A stretch of 64,000 nucleotides of DNA from assembly GCA_003389385.1 (NCBI GenBank), contig QQVM01000017.1:10443-74442 (forward strand). The letters run 5' to 3'. This document shows positions 9,711-19,108 of the stretch, piece by piece (positions within the stretch are counted from its first letter, which is position 1; each line of letters opens with the position of its first letter). The translations under genes were made by a program, and so were the position numbers. Below the pieces are notes generated by a model. It did not search any database, was not told the origin of the DNA, and saw nothing but the letters and a program-made list of their open reading frames with translations. This DNA is from Bacteroidota bacterium. Its GTDB lineage: Bacteria; Bacteroidota; Bacteroidia; AKYH767-A; 2013-40CM-41-45.

Positions 9711-10561
9711 ACAAAGAAATTCTTGACTTCCTGGGAATACAGGAAGATGATGCGAAGGATTTAAAGGGTTTTTCAAGTAAATTCTCTGAACTTTTTATCC
9801 GAAAGCAAAATTTGAATGACTCGAAGTCTCCCGAATACAAAGAGATCGCACCTTCGATCATTGGCAAAGTAGCTGGCAATGCTCAGACGGTCATCACGCG
9901 CAAGCTCAAAGAAGCGGGCGTGGACATATCCAAAAATGACTTTAAGGATAAGATGATCGAAGAGGTCGTGGAGTTTGCATTTGATCAACTTTCCGGTGCG
10001 TATGGCACCAAGATTAAAGACCTTGAGAAGGCTGCTGCTGCAGGCGGAGATCAGGCATTGACTGATTTGAAAGAAAAGTATGAGTCATTGCAAAAGAAAA
10101 ATCAGGACACAGAAAGCGCGCTCTCAACGCTGAAAAGTGCTTTAAGTGAAAAGGAAAAAAACTTTGCAAGCGAACTCAAGGGATTCAAGCTGAAGTCTGC
10201 CAAGCGCGATTTATTCGGCTCAGCACAGTATGCAGAGGGCATTCAGGATGTGGCCAAGATTGGATTTCAGACGCATATTGAAAACAATTTCTCGCTTGAT
10301 TTGGACGAAAACGAATCGCTGGTACTTCTCACTAAAGAGGGTCACCGGATTCCGAATCCGAAAAAAGCAGGCGAGTTTCTCTCTCCGCTTGACATCATGA
10401 AAGAAGAGGGATTGAAGCTCGGAGTATGGGCTGCTAATCCGCATGAGAAGGAAAAGAAAAAGCCTTTTGAGGCAAAAAATAATTTTGGTAATCAAGGCCA
10501 TCAGGGAGCATTTCCTGCTGGTGGAAATACCAGAAAGATCAGCAGTGCGATAAAGCAGTAA
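9707..10561 (+). CDS. Putative scaffolding protein
   Basis: Lys/Glu-rich coiled-coil-like 284-aa protein between the head-morphogenesis and capsid genes. Confidence 0.4.
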   Translation: MNKEILDFLGIQEDDAKDLKGFSSKFSELFIRKQNLNDSKSPEYKEIAPSIIGKVAGNAQTVITRKLKEAGVDISKNDFKDKMIEEVVEFAFDQLSGAYGTKIKDLEKAAAAGGDQALTDLKEKYESLQKKNQDTESALSTLKSALSEKEKNFASELKGFKLKSAKRDLFGSAQYAEGIQDVAKIGFQTHIENNFSLDLDENESLVLLTKEGHRIPNPKKAGEFLSPLDIMKEEGLKLGVWAANPHEKEKKKPFEAKNNFGNQGHQGAFPAGGNTRKISSAIKQ

Positions 10562-10725
10562 TGCTTTATCAAAAGCGCGAATAGCACTCGACTGATTCGT
10601 TGCATCCGGCTGCAAATGAGCCGGAATAGGTTGCCCAGTCCTGCGGGCATGAACGTCAGGATGTGTTGCCAGATACGCAGGCATGAATGCGGATATTTCA
10701 AACCTAAAAAACGAATCTTAAAAAA

Positions 10726-11814
10726 ATGAGTGGATCAAACCTGATAGCAAACTGTCCTGACATTCAGGACGAGCTCAATAATTATTTCTTGGAGTGCGAC
10801 GCGAGCGCGCTCCGTCAACCTGCCCCGTTCTTTGATTTCCTTTGGAGCGACCTGAACCGTAGCGGCATCCAGCAGATGATCGCGCCAGGTGGCGGAAAAA
10901 TCAAAAAAGTAGTGCTTCGCTATGATCAGCTGATCATGGAAGACGAGGCCACCGAGGTGAACATGCTCGAGAAAAGCTGCACTGCGGAAACCAAGCGCGG
11001 CGAACTGACCGAGAGCTACACGATCGATCCGTCATCCGGATTTCAATTTGAAGAATTGATCTCAGCCGCTGATTACGCTTACGGCTGCAAGTCAACCGAG
11101 TGGTATCTGGCGAAAAAAATCCAGAAACTCATCGACGCAACCGTGCGTAAGGCACAGACAGTGCTGGCAGAAAGGGCCGTGGCACTGGTCGGCAACTGGG
11201 ACGCAGAAGTAGATCCTGTTGTAGACGTAGGAGGGGTGGACTTTCTAAAAGTGGCCACAAAGAAAACCGGCTCATCTGATATCAATCCTGGCGCGTTCGA
11301 GGACATAGATGCGGCTGCATTGTTGACCAATTTCTGCACAACTCCCTTGATTTTCTCTGGAACGTCCCTGTGGAAGTATTATAGGACAATGCTTGCGGGA
11401 TGCTGCTCAGCGCAGGGCATCGACCTTTCTGAGATGCTCTCTCAGTACGGAAAGGCAGTCATGTACGACCGCAAGCTGGCAGCAGCATTGGGCGGAAATG
11501 ATTTTGCCGTGATGACTATGCCTAAAGTGCTGCAGCCTATTTATTACACGGCAAATGATGATTTGAATCATGATGTGCTAGCTGCAATCGGCGGAAAAGC
11601 CGTGTTCACGGGCGCAAACTACATGAAGCTGGTCGTGCAAGATCCGCAATCTGGCTTGCCGGTGGATCTGACCATTGCAGATAACTGCGGCGATGTGTCG
11701 CTCATCACACGCGCTTGCGTGGATGTAAAGCCGTTGCCTACGGATATATTCCCTTCTGCGCACAGCATGAGCGGTGTGACATATTTCGCAGGCATAAAGG
11801 TGGTGAATTCCTGA
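10726..11814 (+). CDS. Putative major capsid protein
   Basis: 362-aa protein directly after the scaffold-like gene; size and position fit an HK97-fold capsid protein; no motif-level confirmation. Confidence 0.45.
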   Translation: MSGSNLIANCPDIQDELNNYFLECDASALRQPAPFFDFLWSDLNRSGIQQMIAPGGGKIKKVVLRYDQLIMEDEATEVNMLEKSCTAETKRGELTESYTIDPSSGFQFEELISAADYAYGCKSTEWYLAKKIQKLIDATVRKAQTVLAERAVALVGNWDAEVDPVVDVGGVDFLKVATKKTGSSDINPGAFEDIDAAALLTNFCTTPLIFSGTSLWKYYRTMLAGCCSAQGIDLSEMLSQYGKAVMYDRKLAAALGGNDFAVMTMPKVLQPIYYTANDDLNHDVLAAIGGKAVFTGANYMKLVVQDPQSGLPVDLTIADNCGDVSLITRACVDVKPLPTDIFPSAHSMSGVTYFAGIKVVNS

Positions 11815-11876
11815 CCATCCTAAATGAGGGCGGGCGGATGGTGCTATCCGCCTGCTCTTGTTTAACTTAAATAAGC

Positions 11877-12920
11877 ATGTACCAAGAAGAACAAAATATT
11901 ACAGAGTGCTTTAAAGGATTGGTCACCATGAAGGACGTATGCCCTGAGGTAGCACGCTCCGAATACAGCGTAGACATCTCATCAGTGGGAATTTACGCAA
12001 GTGAATTGACGAGCTACCTTACCGATCAGTATGCGAGCGAAAAAACCTTGTTTCTTGGTAAATACGAAAGCGCCGTTCAAGTTCTAAGGAATGACATACG
12101 TTCACATTTTGCGCCAACGTACAGGGCGCTTTCTGTACTGAATAACCAGCGCGCTGGCATGTTTCATGAAAATCAAAAAATCATTGAGGGTGTCGCAGGA
12201 AGAGTCCGCGGGCTTCAAGTTCAGTATAATGACACATCATCGTATCTCGACTTTTATCTCTCCTCGCTTTCGCTGCAATTAAATTATGATGGCGAAGTCA
12301 AAATCTTGGTCTACGACCTGATACAGGCCAAGCTGCTGGACGAAATACAGGTAAATGTCACCGCCGGAGAAATCGAAACAATTTACCTTCGAAAAATTTA
12401 CAATGCGCCGCGCCAGCGGCTGAACCTACTGATCGGCTATGAAACCGACGGCATCGACAGCATGAAAGCGACAGTGGATGCGTCCGGATGCAATGGCTGC
12501 GGAGATTTACCTGTTCAAAAAAGCAGGTTACTTTCGCTTCGTCCCGCATCGATTTCAGCTGCATCGCAAAAGATCGATCAAAACATTAAGGGAGAAAAAG
12601 ACACGGCAGGCATCAGCATTACATACTCCCTTCAGTGTAATCACGAAAATTGGACATGCGATTTTTCAAATCTTATGGCCCTGCCTCTGGCCTATCGCAC
12701 TTCGGCAGAAATACTTGACCATGCATACGCTCATGCATCAAATGAGCAAGTCAACATGCGCACAGGCGTGAATAAAGAAGACCTGCTGATTCGCAGGGAT
12801 CTATACGAAAGAAAATATTCAGAGCAGCTCAGCCTGCTTTTAAAAACAATAAAACCTCCGCACGATGAAATCTGCTTTCAATGCCGAAAGTCAATCCGGA
12901 CAGCCGTACTGCTTCCGTGA
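11877..12920 (+). CDS. Hypothetical prophage structural-module protein
   Basis: 347-aa ORF downstream of the capsid gene. Confidence 0.35.
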   Translation: MYQEEQNITECFKGLVTMKDVCPEVARSEYSVDISSVGIYASELTSYLTDQYASEKTLFLGKYESAVQVLRNDIRSHFAPTYRALSVLNNQRAGMFHENQKIIEGVAGRVRGLQVQYNDTSSYLDFYLSSLSLQLNYDGEVKILVYDLIQAKLLDEIQVNVTAGEIETIYLRKIYNAPRQRLNLLIGYETDGIDSMKATVDASGCNGCGDLPVQKSRLLSLRPASISAASQKIDQNIKGEKDTAGISITYSLQCNHENWTCDFSNLMALPLAYRTSAEILDHAYAHASNEQVNMRTGVNKEDLLIRRDLYERKYSEQLSLLLKTIKPPHDEICFQCRKSIRTAVLLP

Positions 12921-13052
12921 TTTGAAGACAGCCAAAATGAAGCGCGCGTGCATGAGCACTCGCCTGGTGCTTACGCTGGTGTACTATTTCTCGGATGTGT
13001 CACCAGGTGATTTAAAGTACAAATTCGTTCACATGGATTACTTCATGAACTG

Positions 13053-13652
13053 ATGACCATTGATGAGTATATAGCAAAGATTGACCGGAAATTCCAATAC
13101 CGGGAACAACTGGTGAAGCCGTTCACTACTGCCGTGCTCAGCACTGTGGCCAAACAAGCCAAGCGAATTTTTTCCGATGGCATCAAAAGCAATGGAAGCG
13201 ACATAGGGCAGTATGACACGAAACGTCCGCTGTATATCAACCCGAACGAATCCCCAAGAGCGGGAGCAACAAGAGTCTCGCAGGGGCTTCACCCCACGCA
13301 GGGGAAGCACGGCGATCATACATTTAAAAATGGCAAAGTTCACAAAACCACCTACGTTAATAATTACAAGGATTTAAGGAACAGGATCGGCCGCAGAATT
13401 GACAAGGTAAATTTGACGCTCACTAATGACATGTTTAGCGATTTGTGCAACGCGCAGTCGCCTTCGAAAGCCGCGCCAGACCGAATTTCTGATGCAGAAT
13501 ATCACCTGAAATTCAAACGCACGCACAATGCAGAGAAATGGGAGGGCCTTGAAAAAAAATATGGAAAGATCGGGGATCTGACCGCGCAGGAAAAAGAAGC
13601 CTTCTTTAAGAGCATTGATTTTAATTTCAGAAAATACCTTAGTGAACTATGA
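13053..13652 (+). CDS. Hypothetical prophage protein
   Basis: 199-aa ORF overlapping the next gene by 4 nt. Confidence 0.35.
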   Translation: MTIDEYIAKIDRKFQYREQLVKPFTTAVLSTVAKQAKRIFSDGIKSNGSDIGQYDTKRPLYINPNESPRAGATRVSQGLHPTQGKHGDHTFKNGKVHKTTYVNNYKDLRNRIGRRIDKVNLTLTNDMFSDLCNAQSPSKAAPDRISDAEYHLKFKRTHNAEKWEGLEKKYGKIGDLTAQEKEAFFKSIDFNFRKYLSEL

Positions 13653-14230
13653 TACGCCAAGCGCACGAACATTTATCGGGTATCATCAGATCGATGGAAT
13701 TATTCCGCACGGTGATTGACAAAGCAGAAACTGTATTTGATGACAAGGGCGGATTTCCTGCGCATTATGTCGGATCGGGAAAGTATAAGCCGATCAATTT
13801 GCAATCGGATGCAGGCGTATCGTATATCCGTCAAAACGGCCACATTGAAATTGAAAACTCAGGCATAGAGCCGCGATCAATGGGCGAGACGTATAAGCTG
13901 GTCACATTGCCTTTGAAGTTGGTATTCTGCATTGATAAAGAAGCTGTAGAGGGTGATTCCGCCTATTCATCCGGATTGCTATTTGCAACGCTGATGAAAA
14001 AAATCACTCAATCAGGCCCTTTACTTCGAAAGAATATCGGTGCTGAAAAAACATTATTTGACGTAATATCATACGAGGACAGAAGGGACGTGGTATTGAC
14101 AGAAGAATTTCCGGGAAGCGAAGTGAAAGACCTTCTTGCAAGATACACTCTCGCGTCAATGGAAATCAAGGTGCGGACAGACATTTCACTATCATGCTTA
14201 GAAGAATTATGTAATGAAGAGCAATACTAA
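13649..14230 (+). CDS. Hypothetical prophage protein
   Basis: 193-aa ORF, translationally coupled to the upstream gene. Confidence 0.35.
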   Translation: MIRQAHEHLSGIIRSMELFRTVIDKAETVFDDKGGFPAHYVGSGKYKPINLQSDAGVSYIRQNGHIEIENSGIEPRSMGETYKLVTLPLKLVFCIDKEAVEGDSAYSSGLLFATLMKKITQSGPLLRKNIGAEKTLFDVISYEDRRDVVLTEEFPGSEVKDLLARYTLASMEIKVRTDISLSCLEELCNEEQY

Positions 14231-14408
14231 AGTAAAGCAAAATCTCTCTGCATACGAGGCGCACCGCAAGGGGCGAACGTACATGCAAAGTAAAAATATC
14301 GGAATCTTTGACAGCGAGCCCTCGCAGCCATCGCATGAATTGCGCGAAGACGGAGGGCATGAATTGCGCGAAGATTCTTCCAACGAACTTAGAAACTAAT
14401 AATTTAAA

Positions 14409-15164
14409 ATGACAGATAAAAAAACAACAGAAGAAGATCTTATTCCTGCAGAACTCAGGAACCTGGACGTATTGATGCGATGCGTTGCGGATGGCGACAA
14501 CTATAAAATCGACTTAGGTATAGTTCGATCGATCTTGTTTCCTGGCGCATCTGCAGACGAAGACGGAAACACCTTTCTAAACGGAGCGACTCTTGTAAAG
14601 CTAAACGGAGCAACTGCACAAAACTGTACGTTTATTGGAGGAAAAGTAATACTTGACGGGTCAGCTTGGACAGGATGCACAGTAATTCAATCATCAGACA
14701 GCACACTCGAAGCGGACGATGAAGTTCAGACCGGAAAGTCATACACGGAGGGATTGGGAAGTACTTTTGTCAAGGTGCTTGCGCTAAATAACACAGGCAC
14801 ATTTTCTGATCCTAATATTAATATTCCAACTAAATGTAAATATGTTGGAAAGTTTCAGGTAGTCAACGGTGCTGAAAGTCAAAAGCAGATAAGCGCAACT
14901 ACGATACTAAATGCTCCAGACAAAATTCCGTTTGCCCTGATCTGCGACGATGATCACGTGGCAACGTACAATTCATCACTCATAATCACAATGCAAGGAT
15001 TGGGAGATATTAACACAAATTTAGTGCTTAATGATCTATTAACAACCGAAGTGTTCGGAGGCGAATTGTCATTGAGGTTTCCGGGTGAAAGAATACTGTT
15101 AAGAAGAACTCCTCAAGGGCACTTTGTTGTCGAAAATCATAATAAGATTCAATTCCCTGCATAA
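14409..15164 (+). CDS. Hypothetical protein with beta-helix-like repeats (possible tail spike or depolymerase fragment)
   Basis: Repetitive NGATLVKLNGATAQNCTFIGGKVILDGSAWTGCTV segments suggest parallel beta-helix rungs. Confidence 0.3.
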   Translation: MTDKKTTEEDLIPAELRNLDVLMRCVADGDNYKIDLGIVRSILFPGASADEDGNTFLNGATLVKLNGATAQNCTFIGGKVILDGSAWTGCTVIQSSDSTLEADDEVQTGKSYTEGLGSTFVKVLALNNTGTFSDPNINIPTKCKYVGKFQVVNGAESQKQISATTILNAPDKIPFALICDDDHVATYNSSLIITMQGLGDINTNLVLNDLLTTEVFGGELSLRFPGERILLRRTPQGHFVVENHNKIQFPA

Positions 15165-15397
15165 CCAAATCCAATAAAATAAAAACCTATGAATTACAAT
15201 GCAATCAAAATAATGTTGAATGATTCATTCAATGTTCATCTTTGTCAACTAAGTGTACTTTCTGGAAACGACAGCGGCGTTTTTTCATGCGCGGAAAGAT
15301 ATGTGTATATGGGTATGGAGGCATATACAGAGGGAACAGATGATGAGGTGGCTGCGAGTGCGGTGAAATACTTAAGAACCGATTTAGGAATGTCATC

Positions 15398-16522
15398 ATG
15401 AAGAATATTTTACAAAACAATGTGGTAGGATGGGCCGCTAGGCTTATTCTATTTTTCATACTGATTTGCATAGGCATCTCAATGGCAAGGTGTCAGACCC
15501 GTGACAGCATTGTCACCACAATCACCAATCATTCAAAGCAAGTGTGCTATGACAGCACATGGCAGACGGTGAAGGTGGATACCTTCAAAGTGCCTGTGAA
15601 TACAGTTGACGCCCCCATCAGAGGTATGTATGTCAGCACTCAGGTTAAGATTGGTGACATCGCATCAGAAGAAGCTTTCTTAAAGTGGTGCAAGAGCAAG
15701 GGTGTGAACATGGTAAATTTCTATGCTCGCAGCTTCTTATACGATTCATCCAAGCGTTCACAGCTTGCTGCTTTTGTGAAGAAAGCAAAAGAGCAGTACG
15801 GAGTGCTGGCCGTCACGGTAGATGTAAGGCTAACCGATAATCGGGAATACCCCGGATGGGTGGCATACTTTGAGAAGTACAAGGGCACTTCATCCATGAT
15901 AGAACCGCTGGCAGAATTTGAGCCTTATTCATCCAGCATGGGCCAAAGCTCAGACGTGTACTTCGCAAGCTATACCGATAAATACGCTCACTTTTTCATG
16001 ATGCTACGCAAAATGTCTGAGCTGACTAAGCAGTATGGTGTTAAGTGGAATTGGTATCAGGGATGGGTGGGTAATAAATATCTATCAGGATCGGAGAGCG
16101 ACATTCAGAAGGCGAATGATTCCCTTGTGAAGTATGTGGATCGGGTGTTCGTATCAAACTACGTTTCCAAATCAGATTACATCAGTACCAATCCCTCTTA
16201 CGGTGCTTGGGATAACCGCATGGACAAGCGACTAGAACGCATTGCTTTGGGTATGGCTAAGATGAGGCCGGGAGCTAAAATGGATATTGTGGAAATTGTT
16301 TCACTGGAACTCAAGAAGTGGGGAGCTGGAAATGACTTCTTAGGTGAAGTATATGCTTGTCCGGTGAACACTACTAATATGTGTCATTCATTCTACGGAA
16401 GCAGGTATGACAAGGCAGTGGAGGAGTACAATAAATCATCTGCAAACATATTGAAATATACAGTCCTTGTTGGACGGACAATGTTTTACCAAAAGTACGC
16501 TGTATTGGCGCAGCCAAACTAA
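15398..16522 (+). CDS. Membrane-anchored hypothetical protein (possible glycoside-hydrolase-like TIM barrel)
   Basis: N-terminal TM helix (LILFFILICIGISMA); 374 aa; W/Y-rich and secreted-enzyme-like, but no confirmed motif. Confidence 0.35.
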   Translation: MKNILQNNVVGWAARLILFFILICIGISMARCQTRDSIVTTITNHSKQVCYDSTWQTVKVDTFKVPVNTVDAPIRGMYVSTQVKIGDIASEEAFLKWCKSKGVNMVNFYARSFLYDSSKRSQLAAFVKKAKEQYGVLAVTVDVRLTDNREYPGWVAYFEKYKGTSSMIEPLAEFEPYSSSMGQSSDVYFASYTDKYAHFFMMLRKMSELTKQYGVKWNWYQGWVGNKYLSGSESDIQKANDSLVKYVDRVFVSNYVSKSDYISTNPSYGAWDNRMDKRLERIALGMAKMRPGAKMDIVEIVSLELKKWGAGNDFLGEVYACPVNTTNMCHSFYGSRYDKAVEEYNKSSANILKYTVLVGRTMFYQKYAVLAQPN

Positions 16523-16524
16523 CC

Positions 16525-17205
16525 TTGTTTCATGTGGAAATCTACAATTTCATCCTTAAACACAAAGACTTTATTTCAGGTCTTGTTGGAGTTGCAACAC
16601 TGTATGTTTTATATAAATCGAACATTCATAAGCACATAATAATGTTCTGGAAAAGCAGAATAGAGCCTAAGATGTGGGTGTCGGCGAAAGTAATTAATAG
16701 CAACCTTTCTGAGATGAAAGAGATGATTGCTACTTCGATCGAAAACCAGAATAAGCTTTCGTCTGCGATTAAGGAACTGCACGCCGATTATCAGGAAGTT
16801 AAGAATATGGTAGCTCCCAATGGGGGAAGCAGTTTGATAGACCTTGCAAACTGGCTTTATGCAAAATCAATAGCGCAGGACTTCGATAATGAAGCGGCAA
16901 TACTGGCCCAGGCGAATAAATCAGGGCACTTAATGAATGTGAATAGAATGTTCACAAGAGTCACAGGGCGCACCGAAGGAGAACTAATTGGCAACGGATG
17001 GGTGAATGCGATTGTCGGGCAGGACAGGCAAAGAGTCATACATGAATGGAAGGATGCGCTGGCGGAGGGGAGAGATTACCTGAGTGAGTTTTCCTTATCA
17101 GACCTTGATGGAAATGAATCGGCGGTAGAGGCTCGTTTCAGCAGAATGTACGACAAGAAGGGGAATGTACTTGGTTATTACGTCAGGATGCACTTAATAG
17201 GTTAA
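16525..17205 (+). CDS. PAS-domain protein
   Basis: C-terminal region HLMNVNRMFTRVTGRTEGELIGNGWVNAIVGQDRQRV matches the PAS core (reaction ... GW ... hP ... D). Confidence 0.5.
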   Translation: MFHVEIYNFILKHKDFISGLVGVATLYVLYKSNIHKHIIMFWKSRIEPKMWVSAKVINSNLSEMKEMIATSIENQNKLSSAIKELHADYQEVKNMVAPNGGSSLIDLANWLYAKSIAQDFDNEAAILAQANKSGHLMNVNRMFTRVTGRTEGELIGNGWVNAIVGQDRQRVIHEWKDALAEGRDYLSEFSLSDLDGNESAVEARFSRMYDKKGNVLGYYVRMHLIG

Positions 17206-17269
17206 ACTGATATTATCAAAATAAACTAACTCTATTAATATTATTTAAACCTTAAACAAAAAAAACAAA

Positions 17270-17740
17270 ATGAAAAAACAACTCTTTGCAATTCTAATGA
17301 TTTTAGCAATGTCCTTTACGATGGGATATGCGCAAGATTCTCCTGCTGTCACCGATCCTGTGACGGTTTTAGTGACTGATCCGGTGACTGAGCCGACTGA
17401 CAGCTCAATTGCTGATCCAAGTGTGATAAAGTACACAGATCAGGAGGTGAGCGGCCTGTACATTCAATGGTTCATCAATCCTTTGATGTTTTCGATTTTG
17501 ATTTTGCTTATCACAGGGCTTGTAATTAAAGTAGTCAACTTAAAAGATGAAGGCAAGCAATACGCATCATGGGGAATTGGTATAGTCGCCGGGACATTTG
17601 CAAATCTGATGGGATGGGGAATGTTTGAGGGATTAACAATATTTCATGCCGCAATTGTCGGGTTCGTCCATGCAGGCGGAAGCAATCTGCTTTACAAAAC
17701 AGGAGCATTTAACAAGGTGCTTGGCGTTAAAAAGAATTGA
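17270..17740 (+). CDS. Membrane protein, holin candidate
   Basis: N-terminal signal-like segment followed by two hydrophobic helices; first gene of the lysis-like block. Confidence 0.35.
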   Translation: MKKQLFAILMILAMSFTMGYAQDSPAVTDPVTVLVTDPVTEPTDSSIADPSVIKYTDQEVSGLYIQWFINPLMFSILILLITGLVIKVVNLKDEGKQYASWGIGIVAGTFANLMGWGMFEGLTIFHAAIVGFVHAGGSNLLYKTGAFNKVLGVKKN

Positions 17741-17934
17741 TCATGGCAAAGCAGAAAATTAAGGGATACATCGAAAAGTGGCGCACAAAGACCCGCTGGT
17801 ATGTACATGTGCTACACCTGAACAGAAAAATCTCAGACTTGTCAGTCTATAAAACCGCCGGCGGGCGAAATAAAAAAGTGAGACGATTGCTTGAGCTCTA
17901 TACCGGATACATCGTCCGGAACAGAAAGAAGTGA
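17737..17934 (+). CDS. Small basic hypothetical protein
   Basis: 65-aa ORF overlapping the upstream gene; followed by a terminator-like hairpin at 17961-17998. Confidence 0.25.
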   Translation: MIMAKQKIKGYIEKWRTKTRWYVHVLHLNRKISDLSVYKTAGGRNKKVRRLLELYTGYIVRNRKK

Positions 17935-18009
17935 GTGAGTAGTTTTCGTGTTTCATGTTGGCCGTCCGTCTGGTAAAAAGGGCGGGCGGTTTCTTTTAAA
18001 GATTACTTT

Positions 18010-18492
18010 ATGATTATCACACAGCAACGGTTTAAGTGGACGGATACATCCACGCTATCGCAATGGTTCATTGACGGGGAAGCAAATTTCTATTCGAACA
18101 AATACGACAAGATGCTTCCGGTGTACGCGCTGGAAGACAAAGACCGCGACTTGCACTCCTACATGACAGATGCAGAGGTGCGAAAAGTAAAAGTCCATGG
18201 CGAAACTGCAATCCCGTACGGAAAATTCAGAGTGATCATGTCATTTTCTGCAAGGTTTAAAAAGATCATGCCAGAGGTGATCGGAGTCCCTGGATTTTCA
18301 GGAATTAGAATTCACAATGGATCGTTAGTCACTCATACAGAAGGGTGCCCTCTGATTGGGTACAAACATCATTATATGCCTGACAAAGATCAGTTCTGGG
18401 TGTCGCAGTCAAGGGACTGCTTTGCTGAAATCATGTCGATGCTGAACATCGCAAATGAAAAAGAAAAAATGTTTTTAGAGATCATCAAATGA
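18010..18492 (+). CDS. Endolysin candidate with an H-x7-TEGC motif (uncharacterised His/Cys domain)
   Basis: 160-aa soluble protein directly upstream of the spanin-like pair. It contains IRIHNGSLVTHTEGCPLIG, and the same motif occurs in the RHS-tip domain at 41682-42281. Confidence 0.4.
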   Translation: MIITQQRFKWTDTSTLSQWFIDGEANFYSNKYDKMLPVYALEDKDRDLHSYMTDAEVRKVKVHGETAIPYGKFRVIMSFSARFKKIMPEVIGVPGFSGIRIHNGSLVTHTEGCPLIGYKHHYMPDKDQFWVSQSRDCFAEIMSMLNIANEKEKMFLEIIK

Positions 18493-18794
18493 CTTTATCA
18501 AAATTTCTTCTGATCATAATTTGCAGCATGGCGGTAGGCATTCTCATTGGATGGATGATTTTTACTCGCCCCGTGCAGATTCCCGCACCGGCATCATGCA
18601 AGGGCCTGATTGAGCTTCAGCACAAAGTCGATTCCATGAAAGGCCACATTCACCGGCTGAATGAGAAAAATAATTTAAGCAAACAACGAGTTTCAATACT
18701 GGAAAATGAAAACAGGATTCTTAAAAATCGCATTAATGACTTTTCTAAGTCAGATGTTCGCGAGTGGCTTGACGGCTACGGCGCAAATCAGTGA
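18489..18794 (+). CDS. i-spanin-like protein
   Basis: N-terminal TM helix followed by a coiled-coil-prone periplasmic segment; overlaps both neighbouring genes. Confidence 0.4.
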   Translation: MTLSKFLLIIICSMAVGILIGWMIFTRPVQIPAPASCKGLIELQHKVDSMKGHIHRLNEKNNLSKQRVSILENENRILKNRINDFSKSDVREWLDGYGANQ

Positions 18795-19095
18795 TACAAT
18801 TTGCATCGACATAAATACGGCAAAGCGAATGATCTATGACATAGAGCGAGGCCAGGTAAACGACAGCATTATTGCTGAGCTGAATTTTCAAGTTCAAAAT
18901 CAGGATTCTATTCAAAAACATTTATCCGGAATCGTGGGTCAATATAAAGAGCAATTCACATCCTGCCTTCAAAGTTATGCGGCCATTGAAACCGAAGCGT
19001 TGCGACTTAAGAAAAAAAGTGAAAAGCAGGGAAAATGGATCAAGCGCTTGACAATACTGGGCGCAATTTTGTCAGCTGGGATCTATTTTAAGTAA
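18706..19095 (+). CDS. o-spanin-like or second lysis accessory protein
   Basis: Its start lies inside the i-spanin-like gene in another frame, the classic overlapped architecture; N-terminal signal-like segment and C-terminal hydrophobic segment. Confidence 0.3.
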   Translation: MKTGFLKIALMTFLSQMFASGLTATAQISDTICIDINTAKRMIYDIERGQVNDSIIAELNFQVQNQDSIQKHLSGIVGQYKEQFTSCLQSYAAIETEALRLKKKSEKQGKWIKRLTILGAILSAGIYFK

Positions 19096-19108
19096 CAATA
19101 TTGCAAGC

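Noticed and set aside
14214-14399. 61-aa ORF with HELRED repeats created by a 24-bp tandem duplication (catgaattgcgcgaaga x2)
   Set aside because: It is a short ORF between two phage genes, with its start inside the upstream gene. It is more likely a small duplication in an intergenic region than a gene.
17340-17400. Short tandem repeat gtgac(g/t)ga(t/g)cc(g/t)gtgac encoding VTDPVT repeats in the holin candidate
   Set aside because: It is too small to be more than a minor slippage repeat and has no independent function inferred.
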